64,000 nt of DNA from Epithemia pelagica (taxonomy: Eukaryota > Protista > Bacillariophyta), in assembly GCA_946965045.2 (NCBI GenBank), contig OX337236.1:2108001-2172000 (forward strand), written 5' to 3'. Under the pieces are notes generated by a model. It ran no database searches, had not been told where the DNA came from, and worked only from the letters and a program-made list of their open reading frames with translations. Made by a program: the position numbers and the translations under genes. Of this stretch, positions 11,500 through 23,300 are shown one piece after another. Within the stretch, counting starts at the first letter, position 1; each line of letters starts with the position of its first letter.

Positions 11500-13403
11500 A
11501 TGGATGACTGGAATGTCGATGCGGTGTTGCGGGTGCTTCCCTTCTCGTCCTTGTCGGATTCAAATCGTTTCCAGTTGACTTCGCGTCGCTATTGGTATTT
11601 GGTGCAGGAATACCGTCGCCTTCACACCCCCAACATGGTCACCATCACCAGAGAGGATGGGCGATCAGGCTACCGTTGCACCAAATATGCACATGGAATG
11701 ATGCAATACGCAATCCATCATAAATTGCAAACTCCACCCAACTTTCTTGTCGCTAGTTTTGAACGGTCGAGTACCTTACGACGAGAGTTACCGGGCTGGA
11801 TTCCATCCGACTGTGTTGTTTTGGGGACAATGTCCGCTATTCTGCAAACGACTGTTCCTATTTGCTCAATCGGCCCTGAAGATGGACTCTTGCTCGCCAC
11901 CCTACCACCCAATTCCATCTATCCGTTTACTTTTACCACTACTGGAGAAGCAGGATCACCTACATCATCCTCTGCGAACTCGATAAGCTCCACAACTTTG
12001 GCTGCCACCCGTGACTTGATTCAACAAATACAATCTCACGCAACACATTTTTTTGATGGCAAAAATTCCTCGGCAATTTTTATACATGGGATAGAACATA
12101 GAGAGAATCAAGTCGATCACGTTTTGGCAACCTTGCAACAAGCCTTCCCCCAGACCACCTTGGTCGGTGGCTTGTGCCAAGGGGGCTTCGTATCCGAGTC
12201 TTTTGACTCTTCAACAACAGCAGCCCGGTTGGACACAATGTCTAGGTCGGAATTGAGAGAATGGTACTTGTCGTTGGGTGGGCGCGAATACATAGCGTCG
12301 CGGAGATGGACCGAAGAGAAATTGAAGAATTGTGTGCGACCAATGTTACACAAAAGATCCTATCGATTGCGTTTCTTTTCATACGAATATGTATATGGCG
12401 ACCCTGAGAGTAGTGTTGTTTTTGGAGTGGCACTTTTCAATGTTCCGGTACAAGCCGTTGCGTCGCAAAGCTTCGAATCCTTGACGCTTCCAAGATCACA
12501 ACTACCATCCAATCCCAACACCACACCGCTACCAGCCACGGCCTTGACCAGTCGTAACTTTGTAGTTTATCAAGCTGCCTTTTATCGTCCGGGTCAGGAT
12601 GGGTACATATTTCAAGGCGATCCTCCCTCTACTAATGATGAGGGACAACCGATAATCGTTCCAGATTCCTCTCTATATGGCTTCCCCTCGTATCATATGG
12701 TTCGACAAATTCGCGATACGGATACAGGAGAGGTCTACACACCAACCGAATTGCAAAGCCAATATGGCGCTCCGGCCTTGATTGGAATGCAACGTTCGGG
12801 TGAAAATGGATTTACCTTGTATGAACCTCATGCAATATCCGACCAATACGATGCTTACATCATTTTGCATCCCGGCCCGGAACCAGTTGAGGATGGTCCG
12901 GAAACAGCATCGCTCGAGGGAAGCTTAATCGATTTGTTTCATCATCCAACGGCACAAGCTTTTGTCCAGGATATAGGACGGAAGCTCCACGCAGTGCAAG
13001 CACAACAAAATGACGTCTTAGTGCACTGATCGTTGGCTCCTCTGATTCGTCCTTGGATGTACAAGAGGCCTTCAAATTTGCCGATGTCTTTCCTCAAGTC
13101 CCGTGTTTGGGTTGGTACGCCCATCGCCAGCTTGGTCCACCATTAGTTGTAGGTGGGGTGAGCAGTGGTACAAGTCAATTGGAGCATGATGATCATCGAC
13201 AACGAGCCTGTGTCCATAGCGATGCTGCCGTCTTTGTCCTGTTTGTTACCCCGCACCAACAACCACCTTCATTTGCTTCCTTTTCCAATGCAGAAATTCA
13301 CGACGATGCCGACACTATTCAACGAGCGATTCAATCACACTTGTTGCGTGGACGACGGCCCATCAACCAACAGCAAGATGTTGGGAGACTGGAAACTGAC
13401 TGA
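11500..13403 (+). pseudogene. F-box/FIST copy F3 (frameshift near 13020), second half of fused ORF 10360..13029
   Basis: Starts MDDWNVDAVLRVLPF. A 1-nt deletion at about 13020 relative to F2 moves the C-terminus into ORF 13053..13403. Confidence 0.8.
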
Positions 13404-14157
13404 CTTGGCTTATTTGTCGATGAGTATGCGTTCCAGTTTGGTGGACGATCTCTCTATTTTCGGTAAATGTCATAGTATGTCTACAAAACACACACAAACT
13501 TGTAATCTAAGTTGCCTGTACAGCACAATTTTACTAGGTTTCAACATATTGCTGAAGGAAAACATTCTTCAAAACTTTCGTGTGAAGTACTCTTTTACAT
13601 GTCTGACGTACCCGAACCAGAACTGGATTTACGAGCACAACGACTCAGTCGCTTGTCGCTAGACGAATCTTTAAGGGAGCGTGCTTTGGAGAGACATCAC
13701 CAAAACAAAGTTCGGCAACGCGAGGCGGCTTTCGCGAGGCGAAAGACCAGCTTGAGAAGGATCATCAAGAAGAGATTGACCGAGACGAAGACGCATTTTG
13801 GAACCAAAAGGAGTCCATCAACCAGGAATTCGCAGCCCTACGACAGTCCCTCCTAGAGGAAGGAGAAGATATTGTGCAACAATCGGAAGCAGAAGGTGTG
13901 TCGCCCTTGCAATCTCGTATTTCAGGGATTGCTGACTCCCAGATACACCCATTAGGGTGGCAAGTGCTCAACTCAACAGTGATCGAATCCCAATTGGAAC
14001 CAAGGTGGTCGTCATCACCAAAGTGAAGTTAGCCGGCATCCAGCCACAGACATCAAGCAAACCAGCAAGGACTGGTGTCTGATCAGCGTGTGGAATCCGG
14101 TGAATTGGACCCACGAAGAGTTCCGTCGCAAACGTACAAGTTTACGATACGCCCACA

Positions 14158-17100
14158 ATGAGTAGTCGTTCAAGCAGTGGCAACAGCCAGGGACGAAACA
14201 ACCCAACACCAGACCGCACAACATCAACAAGCGGATCAGTGCAATCACAAAGCAATGGTGGACGAGGGGGATGCGGTGGACAAGGACGTGGTCGTGGCCG
14301 TGGTCCATCATCTTTCAAAGGACAAGAACCAAGCCTCAGCAACTGTACATTCAACTATGCAGAGGAGGCACAATCAAAGTGGTATTTAAAAAACATCAAA
14401 CTTTTGGTGGGCTCTATCGGTAGCCACCATACCAAGTACAATCTGCTATTTCAACGGGTAATCGAACAGCTAGATCCTCAAGACCAAAAACCGGTCGACC
14501 CACCAAGCAACCCAAAGGACATTATCCAAATGGAAGAGTGGAAGCTCAAGTACAAGGAGTGCCAAGAAAAGGTGTGAGCTTATGCTGACTTTCGGTCCTC
14601 TTGCTTCAGTCTCTTACTTGGCCAGTGCACCAACATTCTTAAAGACAAATTGAAGGCCAAGCCTGAATATGGGCAACTACTGAACAATTAAGATGGTGTG
14701 GGACTACTGAAGTTGATCAAAACCACTACGTTCACGTATGATTCTGATTGTATCTACAAGGGCGTGGCTTGGCATCATTTGAAAGCAGAATTTTATGGAC
14801 TGAAACGTCAACTCAGGGCCAAGCTCAAGGTCTTGAATGAGATGAAATCAAGTTGTACGATGACGACTTTCTGGCGGATATCGCACAAAAGAATGAGCGA
14901 GAGCATGATAAAGCCAACGGTGCTGATCGGAATGAGGCACAAGAATGCATGGCAATAACAAAGACTACGAGGCCCATCTGCGGAACTCGTTCCTAGACGG
15001 AGTGAACTACTACCCCATGTCGCTGGCAGACGCGCGGGCCGTGCTTGACAATAGAATGTCAACCATATCAACTGTCAATCACCAACAACAACAACGATCA
15101 GAGAACAATTACACATCAAATGCCACAGGAGTGGATTACAACAACACAACGACAACCCATGGATCCTCCACGGATAGCATTAGTGAAATGAGCTCGTCTC
15201 ATCAGAGCGGTGGCAACAATACAAATGGTTCGAGTCAACCACATATTGAGAATGACTGTTCACCCTCTCGTTCATCTAACTCACATGTATCTTTTGGATC
15301 TTCTTCACAGGCCACAATTCCACGAACGTGGATTCTGTTGGATAATCAATTGTCCGTTGATATCATTTCCAACCCAGCACTTGTCACCATCATCAAGACC
15401 TCCAAGCATCTAATTACCATCACCAGTCATGCTGGGTCCAAAATGATCCACCAAGAAGCAACTCTACCTGGTTATGGCCGTGTGTGGTTCGATCCCACCG
15501 GCCCAGCCAACATCCTCTCATTATATAATTTGCATGAAGACTACACCGCTTCCTACGACAGCCAAGAAACAAATATATTCCGGCTACATCATCGACAGTC
15601 AGGTCGAGAATTCGAATTCCATCCGAGCTCACAGGGCCTATATTACCTAGACTAGTATGCTCAATTTAGTAAAACGCCTTTTGTGTTTACCATCGCTACT
15701 GTTAGTGAAAATGAATCCAGATATTCACAAGCAGACGTGCATCGAGCCCGACAAGCAAGAGATCTCCAAGTCAAGCTGGGACGTCCTTCAACAAGAGACT
15801 TCATTAAGTGGACTGATCGATCTCTGTTGCCCAACAATCCCGTCACAAGCGCCGACATTCGTTTGGCCGAAAAGATTTATGGACCGGAACTTGGAGCATT
15901 GAAAGGAAAAACTACAAGGAGAAAATCACCTATCGTACCTTCACATCCTCCAAGTACAAAGAGATCATGATCGGGATGGACATCATGCATGTAAACGACG
16001 TCCCGTTCTTAGCTACTATCTCCAAGAACATCTATTTCTCCACCATTGAAGCTCTGCCGGATATGAATGGTCCAACGATTATAGATCAAGTCCAAAGAAC
16101 AATCAACGTCTACAGAAGAAGGAATCTCCGACCACGCATGTTGTTTCTAGACGGTGCTTTCAGATCCCCTGCTTTAGAGGATGCCCTAGCACCTCTCGGT
16201 GTGACTCCTAATACCACTGGGAGAGATGAGCATGTGGGACTGATTGAACAACAAATCAGAACCATAAAAGAACGAATGCGTGCTACATACAATATGTTGC
16301 CTTTCGATCAGATTCCTAAAGCCATGATCATCGAATTAGCTAAATCAGCTGTGTTTTGGCTGAATGCATTTCCTCATCCAAGAGGAATTTCTGACACGCT
16401 TAGTCCGCGAACCATCATCACTGGTGAGACCATTGATCATCAACGTCATTGTCGCTATACCTTTGGGGATTATGTTCAACTACAGGAGGAACATGACAAC
16501 TCCACGAACCCCCGAACCATTGGTGGCATTGCCTTACGCCCCACTGGCAATCGGCAAGGAAGTTATGACTTTTTCAATTTGTCAAGTGGACGAGTTGTAA
16601 CACGCAACTACGCCACAAAGCTACCGATGCCTGAAGAGGTCATCAAGAGGGTACACACCTTAGCAGAGGCACAGAGGATGATGCCCGGCTTGGCATTTGG
16701 GAACCGGGATAATAGAATTGTCATGTTTGACGATGACAATCCAATGATGCAGGATGATGATGAGGATCCTTATGAGCCACCAGCCGATGCAATGGAAGCA
16801 AATGAGGACACCCTCCATTACGACTATCCCGTCGAGGAAGGAGAAGTGGAGCAATTACAAAAATACAATGAGCCCATTCAGGGCGATCCTCCCATGGAAT
16901 TCCATGACTTGGTACAGGACGAAAATCAAGGAGTGGCAATAGAGCCAATCCAAGGAGTGCAAGACGTGATTGAGATACATGATGTGCCTCAACCTGGCAC
17001 AAATCAAGGAGTGAATCAAGAGTTCCCCGATGTGGAACAGGAGTTGGGTCATGAGACGGATTTGGAGTCGGAACAGGATGAAGAGCTGGAGTTGGTAATG

Positions 17101-17310
17101 GATGTGGATGATGGAAACAATGATATGATTGATCCAACAGTGGTGGCCGAAGAAGTTGATGAGACGGAATTGCTTGACAATATGGTTGAGCAGCAAGAAG
17201 TAGACGATAGCATGGTTTTAGAGGATGATCTTGAACAAGCCACTGACGTGCTACAACAAGGCACCGATACGGAACCGGAGGAGACTGCACAAGTAGTGGG
17301 TACAGACAAG
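14158..17310 (+). mobile_element. Decayed, 3'-truncated Ty1/copia (CoDi-type) retrotransposon: gag, protease, integrase; RT/RNaseH absent
   Basis: gag motif LLGQCT..LKDKL..DG.GLLKLIK, protease WILLDNQLSVD, pre-integrase ARQARDLQVKLGRPS, and integrase MDIMHVN.VPFL / EHVGLIEQQIRTIKER. Several stops (14575, 14689, 15653) and frameshifts. Confidence 0.85.
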
Positions 17311-17852
17311 AGCAATCCAACTCCTCGACTGATCAGTCGGACCCTCTTCCCTTTCAAACAAATTTGGGACACCATATACTGCAGCCCATTCCAATGAATC
17401 ATGGGTGGTGTCATCGGAGCTCCTGCTATCTATGCATGATCATCGGGACGGGTGGAAGCCATCCTGTAACCAGTTACGGATGTGTTCAATGTCAACATTG
17501 CTTCCACCCCGAATGTTTCTCGATATATCACAACAGCTGGAAGGTAGTATATCGGCATCCGCTCCGCGGAGTGGGGCGGCACGAGGAGGGGGAAGCAGAT
17601 TTGGCGGTCCCCGACGAGGAGCTATTGCCCTTCTCGGAGTCAATAGCCCCGACAAGTGCCCCCACGACCAGGTCTCCAAGTCCCCCCCCCCCCCTCAATT
17701 AACTGTCACACTTTTTTCCCAGGACTGTTTTTTGCTCCGCACTACCTTTTTACGAGCTCATAATCCTCTGCACTTGCTCCCGCCACCGTCGTGGGCAATA
17801 TAAGGCTATATTAGACGAAAATCCTACTTCCATTCCGAGGAGCTATAGTAGC
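17310..17852 (+). mobile_element. 3' end of a long-TIR DNA transposon with piggyBac-like Cys-rich transposase tail
   Basis: ORF remnant CYLC...TSYGCVQCQHCFHPECFSIYH. 17540-17852 is an inverted copy of 28446-28832 and ends GGAGCTATAGTAGC. Confidence 0.6.
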
Positions 17853-18222
17853 CATGTACAACCACAGGTGCCTTGTAATTCGAGACCATTTAGAAGAGTT
17901 CTGGAATGAGGACTCTCACATGTTAGAATGTAACATGGAGGGGTCCAACACTCCCAGCAAGGAGGACATTTAGAATAACCAACAAGAACGACGCAGCAAA
18001 GGCATCTGCGTGAAAGAGTCAGAGGTTAGGGAGTTTAGAGAAACGGAAGACTAAAAGAGGACCAAGACAAGAGGACCAATACAACAACGTACCAAAGCAA
18101 AAGGAATATATGTGAATTGCATACAAAATCAAACTTAGGATCATAACATGTAATGAACCAATTAGGAAGGAACAAGAATAGTAATAACGAAGTAATAGTA
18201 TTATAAGGAATACCAATACAAA

Positions 18223-18765
18223 TTATTCATTATCATTATCGGACGACGAACTGGTAAGTATGTCACCTCTCTCATCACGCTCTGCTTTGTCATGGTATGC
18301 AGCATTCATCTCAGAGGGTGTTGGGCCATTGCAAAATCCAACATATTCTCCTTTAGGATCCGGATACATCTTGTGAATAATGGTCTTGACACACTGTGGA
18401 ATGCAAACTCGATTCCATCGTCCCAAGCTCCCATACTTCGGAGCAATGTAGAACTTGTAGGGATGGTGTCGAGTCGCTCTGTGATGTCCTTGGTTGCGTT
18501 TATGTGCTTCGGATCCAGCGGTTTCCAAGGCAACTTTGTAAGTAACTCCGTCACATGGAGCAAGACCGCATTCATCACAAATCAAATCATTTTCGGGCTT
18601 GATAAAGGATGACATGACAGCTGAGGGTTTCGAGTCACCAGTTTTCTCGCTGTCTTCTGTGTTGCCATAAGAGGGTATGTCACTCTCGTCCTCTTTCTCT
18701 TCTGTACCTGTTTGTTTTCTTCTTCTGCTTGTCTTTATCGACCATTTTCTTAACGTCGGAGTCAA
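18223..18765 (-). CDS. Small CxxC-containing hypothetical protein (possibly 5'-frameshifted)
   Basis: Motif CDECGLAPC...YKFY..KYGSLGRWNRVCIPQCVKTIIHKMYPDPKGEYVGF. First in-frame ATG is 18615; an upstream ATG at 18745 is out of frame. Confidence 0.5.
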   Translation of the reverse strand: MTPTLRKWSIKTSRRRKQTGTEEKEDESDIPSYGNTEDSEKTGDSKPSAVMSSFIKPENDLICDECGLAPCDGVTYKVALETAGSEAHKRNQGHHRATRHHPYKFYIAPKYGSLGRWNRVCIPQCVKTIIHKMYPDPKGEYVGFCNGPTPSEMNAAYHDKAERDERGDILTSSSSDNDNE

Positions 18766-18940
18766 TTACCTTTTGGTTGATTGCTTGAAGATTGATTGTT
18801 TCGTTCTTCTTCTGGGCTTGCTGTAACAGCTCACCACCCAACGGACTCAGGAAAAGTGGAGAGGACGAGGCCTTACACACATGCTTGTAGTTCGCAATGT
18901 CGTTGTCGTCTATATATATCGATTGTGATTCCGAAGAAGG

Positions 18941-19090
18941 TGTGTCTGGCCGTCCTCTCGCGTCGGGCGCGCCCGGCTTGTCGGGAGAATGACTCGACAG
19001 GCAATTGTCTTGTCGGGCATGCGCCCTCGTTGACCATTGCCCTCCTCGTCATTCTACCCTCCGCGCCGGACGGTCCCTCCTTGAAAGGAC
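18941..19090. repeat. 150-bp GC-rich segment, inverted copy of the MITE core at 25718-25867
   Basis: Direct reverse-complement comparison shows near identity. The TIRs are absent here. Confidence 0.85.
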
Positions 19091-19099
19091 TCGACCTAC

Positions 19100-19277
19100 T
19101 GTTTATTACGTATCGAACGTGACTCGTCATATCACGGGAATGGAACGTTCCAGGAACGTTCCTTTAGTATTTTACCTCCTACTGGTGTACTTGTCGGTCA
19201 AGGGAAAAGTAGATGTAACTTGTGCTTAGTCTTTTCTTAACAAAGTGAACTTGCTCTCTACCGACGTAGATAAGTGA
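19100..19277 (+). repeat. 5' LTR (about 178 bp, TG...GA termini)
   Basis: Matches the three 3' LTR pieces with one substitution that I could see (ACTGG vs ACCGG) and an 11-nt loss in the 3' copy. Confidence 0.85.
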
Positions 19278-19324
19278 GTTTATCAGACCCACGGCTGTGG
19301 AAGTGAAGAGACCCCAGAAGTAGA

Positions 19325-20389
19325 ATGACTACTACGACGCGTGCGACGACGAAAGCTGCGGCGGCAACCGCCGCTGGAGGAGGTGGAGAAGAAGGGACGG
19401 GTGGAAGCGGAACGACGGGGACTACCACGGGTGGTTCTGGTCGTCCGAAGGTGAGTGAACGTGGAACAGGGAATCGGAAACCAAGCGACGCACCTGGTGC
19501 AAGCGCGAGTGGCAAGAAACCGGCTGCGAAACCAGCTCCGAAACCGGCCCCAAGGGTTCCCGGGACCGGTGGCGATACTCGCGGCGGGATGAGGCGAGGA
19601 GAGGAAGGCGCCGGAGTGGGAACTCCAGAGGAACGCGCCAGAGGGAGCGCAACAGCGCCGGACGATAGCGCTGGAGTAGGTGCAGGAGCACCGAGAGGAA
19701 GTGCCTATGGCACTGGAGTCGGCGCAGGAGCGCCGGGAGGAAGCGCTGAGGGAGGTGCTGCAGCACCGGAGGCAGGCGCAGGAGTGCCCGGAGGTGGAGG
19801 TGACGGTGGGGGTGCACCGGGAGGAGGCGCAGGAGCGCCGGGAGGAGGAGGTGCAGGAGCACCAGGAGAAGGTGCAGGAGCACCAGGTGGTGGTGGAGGA
19901 GCACCAGGCGGAGGCGGAGGAGCACCAGGAGGCGGGGGAGGCGGGGGTGGTGGACCAGCTGGACCGCCACCGCCGCTCTCCGCGGTAGGGATGGCTTTGA
20001 CTGTCTGTGGGGCCAATCCCTTCGAGATTTATGCGCTCGAGTTTACCAAGCGGTTGAACACGATGGAGTCGTATGGGCGAATGACTGCGGACGACGTCAC
20101 GCAGCTCGCGTCGAGACTGGAGAAACGCCCGTACCCGTACACTGTGTCCCTTCCTACAAGCGTAGTCAAGAACATCCAGGGCTTGTGTTTCTGGTCAGCC
20201 CGTGCGCGTCGACAAGGACGAATTATCCGTAATGGAGATTTCGACCAGTACGAACTCTCGGAAGCCTTGGATGGCATGGAAATTCAAGCTGAGAAGTCTG
20301 TTGCACCTGATATTAAACCCCCTCAAAGAAGAGAATTGGGAGGAATGGTCCCAAGAATTTCAGACATACCTGTCCCACATCCCAGGTAA
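19325..20389 (+). CDS. Copia gag N-terminal ORF with long Gly/Ala/Pro (GAPGGG) repeat
   Basis: 354 aa ORF starting 48 nt after the 5' LTR. It joins the downstream gag-pol frame by a +1 shift at the C5 run 20318-20322. Confidence 0.7.
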   Translation: MTTTTRATTKAAAATAAGGGGEEGTGGSGTTGTTTGGSGRPKVSERGTGNRKPSDAPGASASGKKPAAKPAPKPAPRVPGTGGDTRGGMRRGEEGAGVGTPEERARGSATAPDDSAGVGAGAPRGSAYGTGVGAGAPGGSAEGGAAAPEAGAGVPGGGGDGGGAPGGGAGAPGGGGAGAPGEGAGAPGGGGGAPGGGGGAPGGGGGGGGGPAGPPPPLSAVGMALTVCGANPFEIYALEFTKRLNTMESYGRMTADDVTQLASRLEKRPYPYTVSLPTSVVKNIQGLCFWSARARRQGRIIRNGDFDQYELSEALDGMEIQAEKSVAPDIKPPQRRELGGMVPRISDIPVPHPR

Positions 20390-23300
20390 ACAAAAGGCAC
20401 CCTTAGACTATGTGATCCGTCCCGACCTAGATCCGACACATGTATTTGCTAGCACGAGAGAGGAGGAGATGTATAGCTACCCTCTAGGTGGCCCGTTCTT
20501 TCGCGACGATAACAAGGCGGTTTTCCGTTTGCTTAGTGACTTGGTCAAAGACCAGTCTGCAACATGGATACAACCATTTCAGGCATCCCAAGATGGCCGC
20601 CGTGCATGGCAGGCTCTTGTTACCCATTTCGATGGTGGAGGACAGAAAGAGAAACGTATCTCGAGGGCTGAAGCGACGATCGAATCCTTGACCTATAATA
20701 ATGAGCGAGTGTTTAGCTTTGATTCCTATTCGGCTAAATTACTCAAGGCGTTCCGTACCCTCGATGATACCCCCAGCCAGCGGACTCCGGCACACCAAGT
20801 TCGAGTTCTCCTTGAAAACATTAAGTTTACGACCCCCGAGTTCGCCGTCATCAAGAGTCACGTGCGTGCGAATTACCGATCGGATCTCCAAGGTGCAATC
20901 ACCTATATTTCTCGGGAAGTGTCGGAGATATTCCCGGCTGTTGTTCCAGGACAACGTAATCAAGCCCGCCACCGTTTTGTGTCCGAAGCCGCCTCACAGC
21001 AGCCACCCCAGAGTCGTGCCCGTAGTTTTTCTGGTCTTGAGCAGAACAACGGCATATACACCTTCTACGGTGTCGATGTCACCGACGTCACTCGTTGGTT
21101 CACGTCCCAGGAGATGAGAATGCTCGGGGCCAGTGGCCAAGCATACATTTATCAAGAGCGTGATCGATTGCAGGGGGGTGGTGTTGGTGGTGGCCGAGGC
21201 ACCCGTGGTGGCCGCGGATTCGGCGGCCGGGGACGAGGTGGTCGCGGTGGCGGTGGTGGACGTGGAATTGGCGAAATCCACACGAACGACCAGTCGGTCA
21301 TTACCGACATTACCAATGACCAAGGGGAGCAACGGTCGACGGCGACGGGGACGGAGACAGGGGCGAACGACCGTGGTAGCAACAATGGCCGTAGATTCGG
21401 GGGCGGGGCATACCAGGGAACCGGTGGTGGCAGTGAGAGCAATGGCGATAGACGCAGAGTCAGCGTGGTCAAATGTGGCCCGCAGAGACGTGTGGTGGGG
21501 AAAATGGAGAAGGTTTGGTTGTCGCATGAGAACGGAGACAAAGAAATGGGAAGAAATGAGATGGATACGATGGCGGATACTTGTTGCGCCGGGAAAAATT
21601 GGACGCTGCTTGAGACGACTGGAATGGAATGTTCCGTAAATGACTTCGCGGGGAATCAAGTGGGCAAAAGTTCCGTACCGGTTGCCACGTGTGCAACAGT
21701 CGTACGAGAACCGGGATCGGGAGTTGAAGTGGTTGTCATAGGACACCAAATGCTATGGTTCGGAGAGAAGTTAGATAAGTCGTTGCTAAATCAAAATCAG
21801 ATCCGGCACGCGGGACATGTCTTACGGGACGACCCCACGATGAAGAGCAATGGATTCGGAATCTGGGCAGATGGCCTACATATTCCGTTCGAAGTACAGG
21901 GAACCACAGTGTTCTTTGAGTCACGTGCACCAGATCGACATGAGATTGAAACGCTACCGTCGGTTACGATTACCCGACAAGAGTTATGGGACCCGCATCA
22001 TGTCAATATTACAAGCCCGCAGTCAAGTCCCTACCAGGAAGCGTACGGTGACACCGACGCCGAAATCGGCCTTGTCTCGAGCTTGTTAGCACCGTCGGGA
22101 ATAGTCCGCAAGCTGACAGCGGTCCCGGTCCCGCGAGTTCGACAGGTTGCGACCGATCGACACTCGGAAGTTACTCCCGAACTACTCAGTCGCAAGTGGA
22201 AGATCGGGTTAGATACGGCTCGGGCAACCCTCCGAGTGACCACCCAACGTGGTATCCGAACGGCGGTGGCGCCAATTACGCGGCGCTATAGGGTGGACAA
22301 CTTGGCACTTCATCGAAATCGCTTACAAGGACGGTTCTTTACTGATACATTGTTTTCTAAAACGCTATCGCTATCCGGCAACAAGTGTGCACAAGTTTTC
22401 ACCGACGGCCAGTTCTCCACTGTATACCCACTCGAGAGCAAGGCACACGTCGGACGGGCCCTTGCCCGTTTCATAGACGAAGTGGGTGTTCCGGAGAGTC
22501 TGACTGCCGACCTAGCAGGCGAACAGGCCGGTTCTTCAACTCTCTTCAACAAGCTGGTCCGGTTTCACCGGGTCGATATGCGTTGGTCCGAAAAGGGTAC
22601 GGGGAAACAAAACCACAAAGCCAAACGGGAGATCGGGCTCCTGAAGCAACGGTGGCACCGCCGTATGGCCGATTCCAACGTCCCACGTCGCTTGTGGGAT
22701 TTCGGCCTTGTTTACGAAACCGGGCTGCTCAGCCGTATTGCCCGGGGACCAGACGGGCGCTCAGGTGTCGAACGCATTACTGGCAACACGCCTGACATCT
22801 CCGAATGGGTTGATTTTGCTTTCTATGACTTGGTTTGGTATCACAATAACGACAAAGTTGATGCAACGGACGAGCAGGTACACCTTGGCAGATGGCTGGG
22901 AATCGCTCACCGAATCGGTTCGGATCTTTGCTACTGGATCCTCACGAAAAGTGGCAAAGTGGTCGCCCGTACAACCGTGCAACACGTCACCAAGGATGAC
23001 CTTAGCAAACCGGAGATTGTCGAAAAGGTAAAGCAATTCGAGTTGATTGTTGCAAATCGTCTGGACGAGCGTGATTTTACGGACAATAATAGTGGTGGAC
23101 CAGGATACCTCGAAGACGTTTACATCGAGGAAGAAAAACGGGGACGAGCGGGAGTAGTGCCCACTGACGAAGAATACGGGAACATGATCCAAGAGGAGAT
23201 ACCAGAAGTCGACGACAACGAGCCCGAATATGATGAATATGTTGGCACCCAAGTCCAGATAGACGTCGGAGGCGAAGCGCTTATAGGAACCGTAGAGAAA

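Noticed and set aside
13517-13599. TGTA...TACA stretch as 5' LTR of the first copia fragment
   Set aside because: There is no second copy in the window, and no PBS or TSD to support it.
20310-20325. Programmed ribosomal frameshift between ORF 19325..20389 and the gag-pol frame
   Set aside because: The shift falls inside gag at a C5 homopolymer, and deleting one C restores DIKPLKEENW. A 1-nt insertion or sequencing error is simpler.
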